Positions 48,715 to 59,776 are shown, counted from the first letter of the stretch. The stretch is DNA of 64,000 nt from Methanothrix sp. (GCA_963682135.1 OY821645.1:2688001-2752000), one strand, 5' to 3'. Numbers and translations: made by a program. The notes: a model not told the origin generated them from the letters alone.

Positions 48715-49878
48715 TTAGCCGCAGCGTCCCGGCTCGGCAGAATAGGGCCTATTTTCCTTGAGGCACCATTGCATCTGCTCCAGTATCGGTTCGATCCTGC
48801 CGTTTGTCTCGCCTTTCAGCTTTTGCACCATGATCTCAGCTAAGCTGCCCTGCTCAATACGCTTTGCCACCAGTGGAAGATATCGCTTCTCCTCAGCAGT
48901 GGCGCTCTTTTCCGCCAATGCGAGCAGCTTCTCCAGCTCCGGGTGCATCCCGGCTACGCCGCAGCGCATAGCCATCTCCAGCATGTCCAGAAGAGCGCTC
49001 TCCTCCTCCTCCAGCACGATATCGGAGCGAAGCAGCGCCAGCAAGAATGCAGAGAACGCCATGTCCGAATGCAGGCATTCCTGCTCATCGATAGCTTTGA
49101 CCTCCAGGCACCTTCTGGTAAAACGTACAATCACGCCTCTGGAATTGACCCACTCTCGGCAGAGAATCTCAGCTTTGCATTTTTTTAGCTTGCTGTAGAT
49201 CTGCCGGTTGATCTGCACATAATCGTCGGCGCTTCTTAGCTTTTCCGGCAGTATGTCATGGCAGATCTCAGGAATGGCCGCCTGATTTTGCCGGTAATAA
49301 ACCAGCCGGTTGTCCATGTAAGGCGTGAGCTTTCCTTCAACCATGGGCGAAGAGGCGGAAACTGCGACGAGATAAGGCATAAGTGATCGAATCTTGTTGA
49401 ACATGGCGACCAGCTCTTCCTTGTCAGCGTAAGGAATGTTGATCTGCAGAGCCTGGATATTCAGCCAGCCATGCTGCTTGATATTGAATAGCCGGTCGTA
49501 TGCCTGATAGTACTCCTGCTCATCGTGATCCCAGTAGGTCGTCTCCTGCAAATTGAGCAACGGATGCATTCCCAGACCCATAAAACCGTACTCGTAGTTG
49601 GTGGCCCGGTAAAGCTCACAAAGACCCTGGTAAAGGTTTCTCTCCAAAAAGCTGAGGCTTCCGGGCCTTGCTGGAATCAGTTCAATGGCATGCTTTTGCA
49701 GCTCCTTGGAGACCAGTATTCCCCCGAAAGCCACCTCGTGCTGCACCTGCCCGGCGATTCTCTGGATTATGCGGTCAGAGATGGCCAGTGGCCTGTGGTT
49801 TTCATCGTTTATGGAGTACTCGTGCTCCGTTCCGATGGGCGATGCGGCTCTTAGCGCCTTGTGCATTGCTTTTGTCAT
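48715..49878 (-). CDS. glutamate--cysteine ligase family (GCS2) carboxylate-amine ligase
   Basis: GTEHEY, KELQKHAIEL, GMHP, HGWLNIQALQINIP, SASSP, VNSRG, LEVKAIDEQEC. Confidence 0.88.
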   Translation of the reverse strand: MTKAMHKALRAASPIGTEHEYSINDENHRPLAISDRIIQRIAGQVQHEVAFGGILVSKELQKHAIELIPARPGSLSFLERNLYQGLCELYRATNYEYGFMGLGMHPLLNLQETTYWDHDEQEYYQAYDRLFNIKQHGWLNIQALQINIPYADKEELVAMFNKIRSLMPYLVAVSASSPMVEGKLTPYMDNRLVYYRQNQAAIPEICHDILPEKLRSADDYVQINRQIYSKLKKCKAEILCREWVNSRGVIVRFTRRCLEVKAIDEQECLHSDMAFSAFLLALLRSDIVLEEEESALLDMLEMAMRCGVAGMHPELEKLLALAEKSATAEEKRYLPLVAKRIEQGSLAEIMVQKLKGETNGRIEPILEQMQWCLKENRPYSAEPGRCG

Positions 49879-49882
49879 TGCC

Positions 49883-50374
49883 TCAATCGGAAAGCGGGAT
49901 CTGTGCCACTAGATCCGTCTCCGGCTCCTCGATCTTCAAGATCTCTTCCATCTCAGCCGCAGGAGTGGCTTTTATCAGATGCATGATCTTCTCCACCGAT
50001 GTCTCGAATAGTCCGTCGTAGGCTTTTCGATTGGCTTTGAGAAATCGGACCATAGGGCAGATGTTTTCTCTCTTGAGGAATATCTGCAGGACATTGTCCT
50101 TGATGTCAAAGGTAAATGGTCCGGCGACGCAAGTCTCGGGCTTGATGGAGTGGATGCTGCATTTTCCGTTTTGAAATAGCACGCAAAATCCATCTTGCTT
50201 CAGGCGCAGCCTCTTGTATCCGGCAAACTCTACAGCGCTCTCTGTCACGCCGTTTTTTATCAGTATGTCTATTCTCTCCTGGCTCAGAGGGGGCCGCGCC
50301 TCAAAGCAGCAGCCACCATCCAGATGGCAAACGCTACAGGCCTGGCTTATGGCTTCACACAGGTAATCTTCCAT
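49883..50374 (-). CDS. YkgJ family cysteine-cluster (putative Fe-S/Zn) protein
   Basis: CSVC..GGCC, CVLF..GKCSIHSIKPETCVAGPF, CP. Confidence 0.85.
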   Translation of the reverse strand: MEDYLCEAISQACSVCHLDGGCCFEARPPLSQERIDILIKNGVTESAVEFAGYKRLRLKQDGFCVLFQNGKCSIHSIKPETCVAGPFTFDIKDNVLQIFLKRENICPMVRFLKANRKAYDGLFETSVEKIMHLIKATPAAEMEEILKIEEPETDLVAQIPLSD

Positions 50375-50391
50375 CAGAATATCATCTCTAT

Positions 50392-51411
50392 TTAGAAATC
50401 GATCTTGTAAGAGTAGGCAGCATTTTCTTCCAGGGCCGAAAGGTTGGAGATGCCGGCGGCAGCTCCCAGACCGTACTCACCCTCAAAGCCATGCTGACCC
50501 AGGGCCTTCTCAGAAAGTTCATCGGCATAGCTGCATGCGTCTCCCGTCATCAGGTAGGAGATGATTTTTTGGAACATATCCGGATAATGGGCATCCTCTC
50601 CACCATCCAGGGACGGGTTATCATTGACCTCAATGACGTAGAGCTTTCCGTTGCTCTCTTTTATGTCCACACCATACATTCCTTTGCCGATGGCGTTGCC
50701 TGCCTCGCGTCCCAGCTCAATAACCCCAGGCGGAACCTGATCGGCGGGCACACTTTCCACATCGCAGTAGACGATATGGCCGTTCACGGAGGCTTGGATC
50801 TTGAAAGTTTCTGAGGGGATGATGTAGCGACAGGCATAGAGTAATTGTCCGTTGATGACCCCCACTCTCCAGTCAAACCTGCTCTCGATGTATTCCTGCA
50901 CCACAATCCAGTCGGAGAGCTTGAAGAATCTCTTGGCGATCTTCAATAGCTCGCTTACGGATGAGACCTTCTCCACCCGGACAGAGAAGGATGTAGATGG
51001 CTCCTTCAGCACCAGGGGCGTGCCCAGCTCTTCGAAGAGCTGTGCGGCAGAAGCCTCATCCAGCTCCTTCTTCTTTAGGAACTTGGTCCTGGGCATGGAG
51101 ACATTTTTCTTCATGAGGTGCATGTACATGTTGATCTTGTCGGCACAGATCTGAATGGAGCTGGGATCGTCTATCACCGGTATGCCATACATTTGCGCCA
51201 TCCTGGACGCCACATAGGTGATGTTCATGGGATCAGTGTTGGCGCGAATGAAGAGTGCGTCAAGTTTTGGTATCTTTTTGATGTCCACTGGAAAGATGAA
51301 CTCAGCAGTGTGGCCCATGCTCTCAGCCACGTCCCGGCATTTTACCACGGCCGTGAGCTGTTCAGAGCTGCTTAACGTCTGTCGATTGACGAAGATGCCT
51401 AGTTTACTCAA
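50392..51411 (-). CDS. RimK-type ATP-grasp ligase with acidic C-terminal extension
   Basis: LFIR, VIDDP, PLVLKEP, VQEYI..FDWRVGV, YGVDIK, IEVNDNP. Confidence 0.9.
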   Translation of the reverse strand: MSKLGIFVNRQTLSSSEQLTAVVKCRDVAESMGHTAEFIFPVDIKKIPKLDALFIRANTDPMNITYVASRMAQMYGIPVIDDPSSIQICADKINMYMHLMKKNVSMPRTKFLKKKELDEASAAQLFEELGTPLVLKEPSTSFSVRVEKVSSVSELLKIAKRFFKLSDWIVVQEYIESRFDWRVGVINGQLLYACRYIIPSETFKIQASVNGHIVYCDVESVPADQVPPGVIELGREAGNAIGKGMYGVDIKESNGKLYVIEVNDNPSLDGGEDAHYPDMFQKIISYLMTGDACSYADELSEKALGQHGFEGEYGLGAAAGISNLSALEENAAYSYKIDF

Positions 51412-52057
51412 AGCGTCTCACCCTTTTATCCAGAAGGTCCTGTAACATTTCCGTTTCATCCTTGGATAATTGCGAATATTTCACCGGAGCCAGAGAAGAT
51501 AGCCGACAGCCGGATTCATCCTTGACCAGTACTACTTCTACTAACGGCAGCCGGAAGACCTCATAGATCTTCTCCGCCAGCGACTTCGCCATCTCACAGC
51601 AATTTATGGTCTTGCCGAAAATGGATACACATTTCGCTACGGATGAGTTTTCATTTATCTTCTGATAGCAGAAGGGGTACCTGCCATGATTGGTGACATG
51701 CTTGACGACCGTCTTGGCTTCTTCCAGGTCTTTGATCAAGAAATGGTCAGACGGCGTGGAGAAGTAGTTCAAACCGTAGACTATTGCAGGTAGCGAGACG
51801 TACTGGTTGGATATTATCCAGTCGCAGACCGGGATGCCTGCCAGCTTGGCCTTCTCGAGGCATATGGGAACAATATAGGCGTCCAGCACATCGCTGCTAC
51901 TGGGCGTGGTTTTAATGCCTTCATTCTCGTTCTTGACGATGGTATAGTACGGCTGCGTCTTGTAAAAGTAACTCTCATTTACAATATATTGGGAGTCATC
52001 TTCCTTTAAAGTATACATGATATCTTTTTTAGGAATATGCTCTCTTCGTTTGTTCAT
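51404..52057 (-). CDS. RimK-like ATP-grasp N-terminal (RLAN) domain protein
   Basis: IVNESYFYKTQPYY and TPSSSDVLD resemble RLAN; overlaps the ATP-grasp start by 8 bp. Confidence 0.65.
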   Translation of the reverse strand: MNKRREHIPKKDIMYTLKEDDSQYIVNESYFYKTQPYYTIVKNENEGIKTTPSSSDVLDAYIVPICLEKAKLAGIPVCDWIISNQYVSLPAIVYGLNYFSTPSDHFLIKDLEEAKTVVKHVTNHGRYPFCYQKINENSSVAKCVSIFGKTINCCEMAKSLAEKIYEVFRLPLVEVVLVKDESGCRLSSLAPVKYSQLSKDETEMLQDLLDKRVRRFE

Positions 52058-52330
52058 TAAAGCATCACCGCATGACCTGCGCGTGAGAAAATAGACTTAT
52101 CTGCTGGTTTTTTTGCGTAGGATACCCTACGGTATTTGCTTAGACTACGGTGCGTTTCAGAATCGGATGCCATTTCATTCTCAGAAATTTGGATCTCCTC
52201 TGGAGCTAAACACCTCGCTGGTAGTATTTATCGTTATCGACCTTCGGTTCGAAGCTGCCTGGTATTTCGCTATCTGCTGCAATTGCATTCTCGTTAAAGA
52301 TCGTTATATTTCCGTCTTGATGGATAGGTA

Positions 52331-54433
52331 TTACGCGAATTGCCTCATCATCTCATTTGGGCTGGCTGTGGGAAGACTGCAGACATGATCAGTGCAGACG
52401 TAGGCAGCAATCGTTTCTTCCTCTGGGGGCAAATTTTTGGTGAACGGCGCAATCTCTCTGATCTCTTTTCCGCACACCAGTATTGTGGATTTGTTGGGCA
52501 GAAAGCGAGTTCTCATGGCCTCTAGCATCTTTATAATTACTGCGTCCTGTTTACTTCCCAGCAGCGCTATTTCAGGTGTCGGCCCAAGGGCATAGTCCAG
52601 AGAGCAAAGCAGCATGTTCTGGCCCAGGGGCCGGCCTGATGCTCGGGCGTTGCCGCGTGCCAAATCCCAGGCCTTCTCTTCCAGTTCGGTCTGTCCGGTG
52701 AGGTGCATGAGCCGCAGAAGGTTATGCATGGCAATGGAATTTCCTGAGGGAATTGCTCCATCATAATACTCCTTTCTGCGAAGCAACAGGGCTTTTGCAT
52801 CATCTGCGGAAAAGAATAGGCCGCCTTGATCCTTATCCCAGAAATGCTCCATCATGATTTGGTTTAGCTGCAAAGCTGCTTTCAGGTATTTGACATCAAA
52901 GACCATCTCGTAGAGATCGAGCAGTCCCCAGATCAGGAAAGCATAATCATCCAGGTTGGCGGCAATGCCGGCCTCTCCCCGGTAGCGGTGTAGCAGTCTA
53001 CCCTCAGCAGTTCGCGTCTCTTTCAGGATAAAATCGGCAGCTTTGATTGCCGCTCTCTCATACTCTGCCCCTTTTGGTCCAGTCAGGGCCTGGGCAGCTT
53101 TTGCCAGGGCTGCGATCATGAGTCCATTCCAATCGGTGAGAATCTTATCGTCCTTAAAGGGATGCGCTCTCTTCTCTCGGGCAAGAAAGAGCTTCGCTCT
53201 AATCAACTCCAGCCGTTCATGGAGATCCGGCGCACTCATTTTCAGAACGGTTGCGCCATCCCGTAGCGTTGATCTCAGGCGGAGGATGTTTTCTCCTTTC
53301 TCGAAGTTTCCGCTTTCATGCACATCGAAGAGCCTGATCAACAGCTTAAATTCCTCATTATCCAGCGTCTCTTTCAGCTCCTCTGCCGTCCAGAGATAGA
53401 ATTTGCCCTCTTCTCCCTCGCTGTCAGCGTCTTCTGCCGAGAAGAAGCCACCCTGGGGGGCAGTCATGTCCCGCAGTACATAATCCAGGATTTCGCATGC
53501 TGTTCTGGCGTATTCCTCTTTTCCTGTGGCCTGGAAGCATTCGGTATAGGCGATGGCCATCAGCGCCTGGTCATAGAGCATCTTCTCGAAATGGGGAACA
53601 AGCCATTCTGCGTCCGTGGAGTATCTATGAAAGCCGAATCCCACGTGATCATAAATACCGCCCATGCGCATGGCCTGCAGTGTGGCCTCGACCATTTGCA
53701 GAGCATGCCCCTCTCCGGTCCTGTTCCAGTGGCGCAGCAGGAAGAAGAGGTTATGTGGCGAGGGAAACTTGGGAGCAGTGCCAAAACCGCCGTTTTGGGG
53801 ATCGTAGATGGAAGATAGGGCCTCGTATCCGCGGGCGAGAAATGCTGCATCCAAATTCGCGGCCTCTTCCCTGGCGGAAGGCTGGCTCTGCGTCTGGAGA
53901 TAATCGAGAATCTTGTCGGCTGAGCCGAGAAGTTCGTCTCTGTTCTTGTCCCAGATCTCCTGGATCCTGGGGATGATCTCCATTAATCCTGCCTGACCAT
54001 GGCGGCCGGTCTTGGGGAGGTAGGTGGCGGCGAAGAAAGGCTTTTTCTCCGGGGTCATGATAATAGTAAGGGGCCAGCCTCCTCTGCCTGTCATGGCCTG
54101 GGCCACGCTCATGTATATCTGGTCTATGTCCGGCCTCTCCTCCCGGTCCACCTTTATGCAGATGAAGGCATGGTTCATGAGGTCCGCGACAGCCGGATCT
54201 TCAAAGGACTCGTGGGCCATGACATGGCACCAGTGGCAGGTGGAGTAGCCCACGGAGAGGAAGATGGGCTTATCCTCACTTTTCGCGGCTGCGAAGGCTT
54301 CTCCGCTCCAGGGGTACCAATGCACGGGATTAGAGGCGTGCTGGAGGAGGTAGGGGCTCTTTTCGGAGAGGAGGCGGTTAAATGCGGGAAGGATTTCGGA
54401 TCTATTCCTGTTGGCAGTGGATTCAATCCTCAT
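52331..54433 (-). CDS. thioredoxin-domain YyaL/SPATA20-like protein
   Basis: [50 protein letters not shown]. Confidence 0.93.
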   Translation of the reverse strand: MRIESTANRNRSEILPAFNRLLSEKSPYLLQHASNPVHWYPWSGEAFAAAKSEDKPIFLSVGYSTCHWCHVMAHESFEDPAVADLMNHAFICIKVDREERPDIDQIYMSVAQAMTGRGGWPLTIIMTPEKKPFFAATYLPKTGRHGQAGLMEIIPRIQEIWDKNRDELLGSADKILDYLQTQSQPSAREEAANLDAAFLARGYEALSSIYDPQNGGFGTAPKFPSPHNLFFLLRHWNRTGEGHALQMVEATLQAMRMGGIYDHVGFGFHRYSTDAEWLVPHFEKMLYDQALMAIAYTECFQATGKEEYARTACEILDYVLRDMTAPQGGFFSAEDADSEGEEGKFYLWTAEELKETLDNEEFKLLIRLFDVHESGNFEKGENILRLRSTLRDGATVLKMSAPDLHERLELIRAKLFLAREKRAHPFKDDKILTDWNGLMIAALAKAAQALTGPKGAEYERAAIKAADFILKETRTAEGRLLHRYRGEAGIAANLDDYAFLIWGLLDLYEMVFDVKYLKAALQLNQIMMEHFWDKDQGGLFFSADDAKALLLRRKEYYDGAIPSGNSIAMHNLLRLMHLTGQTELEEKAWDLARGNARASGRPLGQNMLLCSLDYALGPTPEIALLGSKQDAVIIKMLEAMRTRFLPNKSTILVCGKEIREIAPFTKNLPPEEETIAAYVCTDHVCSLPTASPNEMMRQFA

Positions 54434-54510
54434 AGAAACCTCTATGTGTATTGAGAAATATCAATGTGCTGATGGCTTATTTTTTTATAAAAAAAATAAA
54501 ATTATCTTGC

Positions 54511-55368
54511 TTAAAATAAGCGTATATCACCAGGACCGACTGCAGCTCCTGGACCGCCCGCTCCTACATGGAAATACACTACATCTCCATCATCGAAGAT
54601 TGCGCTGCCTGGGGGGGTTCCAAGAATATTGCCATTGGCATTAAAGAACATCAGTGAAGCAATGTTAGTAATAGATGCTGTGTTTGTCGGGCCTCCTATA
54701 ATATTTTTTATAGGTGGTGTAATAGAAACCAGTTCAAATGGAGTCAGTGGCAATCCTGCATCCGGATCGGCAAGTGAAACTCTTGAGCCCGCTGGGAATG
54801 CACCATTCGCAGTTATTCTAACATCGTTTGTACCGACTCCAAGTTGAGTCCCTGGAGATAAAGCTTTAAGATAGACTGGATCGCCTAGATCATATCCTGC
54901 CCCACCTGCCACATTCAGATAATAAAATCCTACTGCAAAAGCGGAAGGCAATGCATATACTGCCGGTGGAACCGTATTTAACTGTTGACCCATATCGGAA
55001 TCGCCAGCCCTTACATAAGACCCTGCGGGATAAGCTCCCCATCCGACCAAACGAATATTATTTGCCCGTACTATTCTTTGTGCGGGAGGTAATATATTAG
55101 TGCTACCGAACTGCAGATAGGCAACATCTTGATCATCATACAAACCATTTGCATTTAGATCCCAATAAGATATCCAGAATGAAGCTTGCCCGGCAGGATC
55201 AGGTGGCCATGCGACTCCAAGCCCAATCGCTGCAAAATTCGATAGCGGAAGTCCAACGTCCGGATCTCCTGCGTTTACCTTCGTTCCGTATGTCCCTTGT
55301 GCTGCTGCTTGGCCGGATGCGAATATTGCCAGGCATAGCAGAATGTATATCGATTGTCTATTATTCAC
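54511..55368 (-). CDS. secreted protein built of three repeats with DxNxNG-type loops
   Basis: Signal peptide; G..V..GD.D.G..L, YD..D..Y and DIRL each occur three times. Confidence 0.72.
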   Translation of the reverse strand: MNNRQSIYILLCLAIFASGQAAAQGTYGTKVNAGDPDVGLPLSNFAAIGLGVAWPPDPAGQASFWISYWDLNANGLYDDQDVAYLQFGSTNILPPAQRIVRANNIRLVGWGAYPAGSYVRAGDSDMGQQLNTVPPAVYALPSAFAVGFYYLNVAGGAGYDLGDPVYLKALSPGTQLGVGTNDVRITANGAFPAGSRVSLADPDAGLPLTPFELVSITPPIKNIIGGPTNTASITNIASLMFFNANGNILGTPPGSAIFDDGDVVYFHVGAGGPGAAVGPGDIRLF

Positions 55369-55877
55369 GGTAACACCTCTTTTGTAACTAATATGTTTAG
55401 TTACCTTAAAAACTTATTCATTCTTGGTATACTAATTAAATTATATGGTAAAAAACTTTTTAAAAAATTATTGGCATAATTTGTGCGAGTTCTAGTATCT
55501 CTCTGCCAACTCATCGCATCGTTCGATCTGTTTTACTATCTCGAAATATCTGCAAAAATATCATCCAATTATCAATTTTATTTTTTATATGATTTATTTG
55601 AAAATGTAATTTATTCATACTATTATCGTTTTGATTCCTGATAGCTTCGCGAATAAACGTCAAAATTATTTTGTAATTCTGTGTGCATTTCTCTTTGTTC
55701 CAGAGCGGAAACAATTGCTAATAAATTTACAGAGTTCGGTTTCATTTTCAATACTATTACATCTACTATCACTACCATCATTCTCTTGAATATCCATATG
55801 ATAATTTCTTTCGATATGTTTATATCCCTTTAAGATAAATTCTTCGTATACTCAATAGAGTATAGGGGTGAATTAGT

Positions 55878-56747
55878 ATGAAGGGAGTAGTAATAGCGAC
55901 AGCTTTAATTATATTGCTATGCTGCTGTACCGCATTGGCCAACCCACCACTGGTGCCGCCAGTACAGTACGAACAGTTTTGTGAAGCACAGAAGATATCC
56001 GGAAGCGGTGTAATCGATATGAGTACCTCAATAGTCGATAAGAAGATCGCTCTGGAGTACTTCAACAACATGGCCGGCGACGGCGACTTTGAGCTTGATC
56101 AGGAGAATGCTTACTCGCAGAATTCCGATAAGCTGAAGAGAAATATTTCCTCAGCAAACGGCGGAAATGAGAGCCAGCTCAATTTATACGATGCTACCAA
56201 GCTCACTTATGCCAGCAAGGACACGCCTCTTATGGGCTCTAAGCTCTTGCATTCCAAGGCGTTTTACGGCGGAATAGGTGCCAAGGTCCAGGAGAATTTC
56301 GCGGTTTATGAGATGGAACAGGATCAAAAGTCATTCTTTGTCTCAACCACGCCCTACAATCCTCAGGAGCCTGTAGCGCCTGTAAACCAGGACTACCTGC
56401 AGCTTCTGGCATTGTACTATCCGCAGGAATATGCCCAGTACATGGCACAGACCACGCACACCATAACTCCTGAGCAGCTCATCAAGGAGCTCAAGGATGC
56501 GGGAAGGGACACAGCGCGAGTGTCTGCCCTTATGGGCAATAATCCGGCTCACTTAATTGGCCTCGAGACCAAGAATACCTTCAACGGCACATGGGGAACG
56601 GATGCTTCCATGCACAAGATATTCTACAAGGATATCAAAGCCCACGAGATGTTCTCCGGAACATTCGAGGCAGAGAAGACCATCAAATTCCATGAGAATC
56701 CCGTGCCGGAAAAGGATCGTGCAGTCTGTGATGGCATAGATTGCTAG
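55878..56747 (+). CDS. secreted hypothetical protein
   Basis: Signal peptide; RBS GGGGTGA; T-tract after the stop. Confidence 0.75.
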   Translation: MKGVVIATALIILLCCCTALANPPLVPPVQYEQFCEAQKISGSGVIDMSTSIVDKKIALEYFNNMAGDGDFELDQENAYSQNSDKLKRNISSANGGNESQLNLYDATKLTYASKDTPLMGSKLLHSKAFYGGIGAKVQENFAVYEMEQDQKSFFVSTTPYNPQEPVAPVNQDYLQLLALYYPQEYAQYMAQTTHTITPEQLIKELKDAGRDTARVSALMGNNPAHLIGLETKNTFNGTWGTDASMHKIFYKDIKAHEMFSGTFEAEKTIKFHENPVPEKDRAVCDGIDC

Positions 56748-57000
56748 AAAAGCGGCAATCTCCCAATCTTTTTTTTTTTGCAAATTTAGTTATCTATCGA
56801 TCACTTTTATATCCTGTTGGTATGTCCTTTTGGTCCTCCAATTGCGGAAATTCAATGCCGTCAGCGACTGCCGACTGCCGCGTTGCTCTCCGATCCAAGT
56901 TTCGACTCTGAATCGAGCAGGTCTTCCTAGTCCATTTGCCCCATGCTAAAAAAGGATACAGAAGGTCCGAAAATGTGGATCTTCAGAATTTGTCAGCTTC

Positions 57001-57600
57001 TCACACCGGGCCGATGGGTGCTACAACTTTCTTGTATACTTCATTGAGGACCTGGGCCAGTGCGGTATAAATGGCGGACAGTCCGCAGATTATTCCCTCG
57101 TATCCAGCCAGCGTTCCGATTGCGGCGCTTCCAAGATAATCTCTTGCGGCAAGCAAGAAGAATAGGATGGTCAGCGAGAGGAAGACGAACTGCAGGGCTC
57201 TGTTGATCCTCAGGGTTCCAATGAACATGAAGAAGGTAAAGAGTCCCCACATGAAGAAGTAAGCTGCAAAGGCAGGCTTTGATGTAGCCTGGGCAAGCCC
57301 AAGCGAAGGCAGAAACAGCAAAGCTACCAACGAGAGCCAGAAAAGGCCGTAGGATGTGAAGGCGGTAGTTCCAAAGGTGTTGTTCTTCTTCCATTCCATT
57401 ATTCCTGCAATGATCTGGGCGATGCCCCCGTAAAATATCCCCATGGCCAAGATCATCGAGTTTAGCTCATAGTGTCCGGCATTGTGGATATTCAGCAGTA
57501 CTGTAGTCAGTCCGAAGCCAAGCAGGCCAAGAGGCGCTGGATTGGCGGTAGTATCTTTGAGGATCAGAGTGTCTATGTTTTGTTTCTTCGTTTCTTGCAT
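57001..57600 (-). CDS. satP: acetate uptake transporter (SatP/Ady2/GPR1-FUN34-YaaH family)
   Basis: [33 protein letters not shown]. Confidence 0.93.
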   Translation of the reverse strand: MQETKKQNIDTLILKDTTANPAPLGLLGFGLTTVLLNIHNAGHYELNSMILAMGIFYGGIAQIIAGIMEWKKNNTFGTTAFTSYGLFWLSLVALLFLPSLGLAQATSKPAFAAYFFMWGLFTFFMFIGTLRINRALQFVFLSLTILFFLLAARDYLGSAAIGTLAGYEGIICGLSAIYTALAQVLNEVYKKVVAPIGPV

Positions 57601-58332
57601 AGTCTTATTTCCCTCCTGAATTCCGATTAAATGGTCTTATTATTAAATTGTTGCTCTTAAAATATAAATTAATAATGGTGTTAAATGTTGCGATATATTT
57701 CCAAAAAGAAATCTTTTTGTCATGTAATTATATATCCTTAATTGATAAGCGGTGTGAATAGAACATATGCTTGCATATAATCGCTTACACATTCAGCGTT
57801 ATTCCAAATTTGTCCAGGTCTCCTATATGACTTGCGATCCTGCGGAAAAGATGCTTTTCGCGGCATTCTACAGATTTATTACTGAAGGCCGCCATGAATC
57901 TAGCACAAATGATATTCTCACTTTCTCAGCAGCATCACGCTTTCCAATTGAATCGGTTCTTATAATTGTATTGATTAATTTAATTAAATCTAAATTAACA
58001 TATATTTATAATTAATACTTTTGTTTTAGTGCATTTATTTAATATATTATATTCCTAAATATGATTTTAATTAATTTCATCCATTTATATCAATTATTAT
58101 GTTCGATATAGTTCGAGATGATTTACCCTGGCATTCTATCTTCAATATCTAACACAATATAGGAAACCATAAGCATCAGTCAAAATAGCACAGATGTTTT
58201 TATGTAATGATATATTTTTATTTTCTACATTTTTCAATCCGATGGCAAAGCATCCAGACAAATTTCTTATGTATGAAATTCTCTAAGGGTTATACAGTAA
58301 AATTTATATATGATCAATGATAAGTTATATTT

Positions 58333-58395
58333 GGGTCCGGGATTTCTTAGCAATTCTATATCATCCATCCCCTCGAGATGAATAAACCCGGATCC
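58333..58395 (+). ncRNA. candidate small structured RNA
   Basis: TTTATATA at 58303-58310; 9-bp terminal stem GGGTCCGGG/CCCGGATCC starting at the expected TSS; followed by CCTTTT. Confidence 0.35.
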
Positions 58396-58450
58396 TAACC
58401 TTTTGATCCTCAAAAAACGATTGATTTAAATTCGCGTCTTTGCATGATAT

Positions 58451-58849
58451 ATGATTATGATCGAGATAGAAACCTGCAAATCAGTGGATGTTATTGATAT
58501 CACAGATCAAGTTGAGATAACGTTGCGAGAAAGCGGCGTAGAAAACGGTCTTCTGCTGGTCTATTCTCTTCATACAACCACGGGATTGACTGTCAATGAA
58601 GCAGATGGCGCATTGATTAATGATATTTTAAGTCTTTTAGAGAGAATTGCTCCCCGGGGTGCAGGCTACCAGCATGATAGGGGGGACGGCAATGCTCATG
58701 CTCATTTGCGGGCTACGTTGCTCGGAAATAGCCTTGTAATTCCTGTGGTGGGGGGTAGACTGGTTATGGGGGTGTGGCAGAGGATACTCTTCTTTGAATT
58801 TGATGGTCCAAGACATAGAAGCATATTTGTGAGAGCACTGGCCGAATGA
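58451..58849 (+). CDS. yjbQ: YjbQ / UPF0047 family protein
   Basis: HTTTGLTVNE, YQHD..DGNAHAHL, WQRILFFEFDGPR. Confidence 0.9.
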   Translation: MIMIEIETCKSVDVIDITDQVEITLRESGVENGLLLVYSLHTTTGLTVNEADGALINDILSLLERIAPRGAGYQHDRGDGNAHAHLRATLLGNSLVIPVVGGRLVMGVWQRILFFEFDGPRHRSIFVRALAE

Positions 58850-58903
58850 TCCAAAAAGGACTGGATGAGGGAAAATCCCTCGATCTATCAACTTGCCGTC
58901 AAA

Positions 58904-59776
58904 TCATTTGTATATAGTTGTGCCTGTGGTATTAGCAAGCTCTTTGAAGGCGGCCATGAGATCCTTTGTAACCGGGCCGGGCTTGCCGTCACCGACGACC
59001 CTTCCGTCTACCTTGGTAACAGGCGCAACCTCTGCTGCGGTTCCTGTAACGAAGACCTCGTCTGCAGTGTAGAGGTCAAACAGGCCCAGATCACTTTCCT
59101 TTATGTCGTAGCCGTGAGCTATGGCCAGCTCCATGACTGCTTCCCTGGTTATGCCTTTGAGATTGTTTATTGTGTGGGGTGTGCGGATCTTTCCTCCTTT
59201 AATGACGAATATGTTGTCTCCGCTTCCCTCGGACAGCATTCCCCGTGAATCGAGGATGATGGCCTCATTGCCGCCTTTGATATTTGCCTCAATTTTTGCC
59301 AGGATATTGTTCAGATAGTTAAGGCTCTTGATGTTGGGCGGCACGGTGTCTGGAGCATTTCTGCGCACAGAGACGCTTATTGCCGTGAGGCCGACTTCGT
59401 AAAGATCTCCGTACATTGCCCCCCACTCTACGGCAATGATGATAACCGATGCCAGGCTGCACTTGTTGGGGTCCAGGCCCAGGTCACCAAAACCTCGGGT
59501 AACAATGGGCCGGATATAAGCATCACGCAGATTATTCTTCCTCAGCGTCTCCAATATTGCCTCGCACATCTCCTCCTGGCTCATAGGAACGCAGAGCAAG
59601 ATGGCCTTTGCCGAGTCGAAGAGCCTGCTCACGTGATCCTCGAGCCGGAAGACGCGCCCTCCATAGGCCCTTATCCCTTCGAAGACTCCGTCTCCATAGA
59701 GAAATCCGTGATCAAAGACCGAAACTGCAGCCTGTTCCGCCGGAACAAACTTTCCGTTAAGATAAATTAAGCTCAT
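58904..59776 (-). CDS. ilvE: branched-chain amino acid aminotransferase
   Basis: [37 protein letters not shown]. Confidence 0.95.
   Translation of the reverse strand: MSLIYLNGKFVPAEQAAVSVFDHGFLYGDGVFEGIRAYGGRVFRLEDHVSRLFDSAKAILLCVPMSQEEMCEAILETLRKNNLRDAYIRPIVTRGFGDLGLDPNKCSLASVIIIAVEWGAMYGDLYEVGLTAISVSVRRNAPDTVPPNIKSLNYLNNILAKIEANIKGGNEAIILDSRGMLSEGSGDNIFVIKGGKIRTPHTINNLKGITREAVMELAIAHGYDIKESDLGLFDLYTADEVFVTGTAAEVAPVTKVDGRVVGDGKPGPVTKDLMAAFKELANTTGTTIYK

Noticed and set aside
57767-58015. 82-aa ORF in the satP-yjbQ spacer
   Set aside because: AT-rich, no RBS and no motif; probably promoter DNA.
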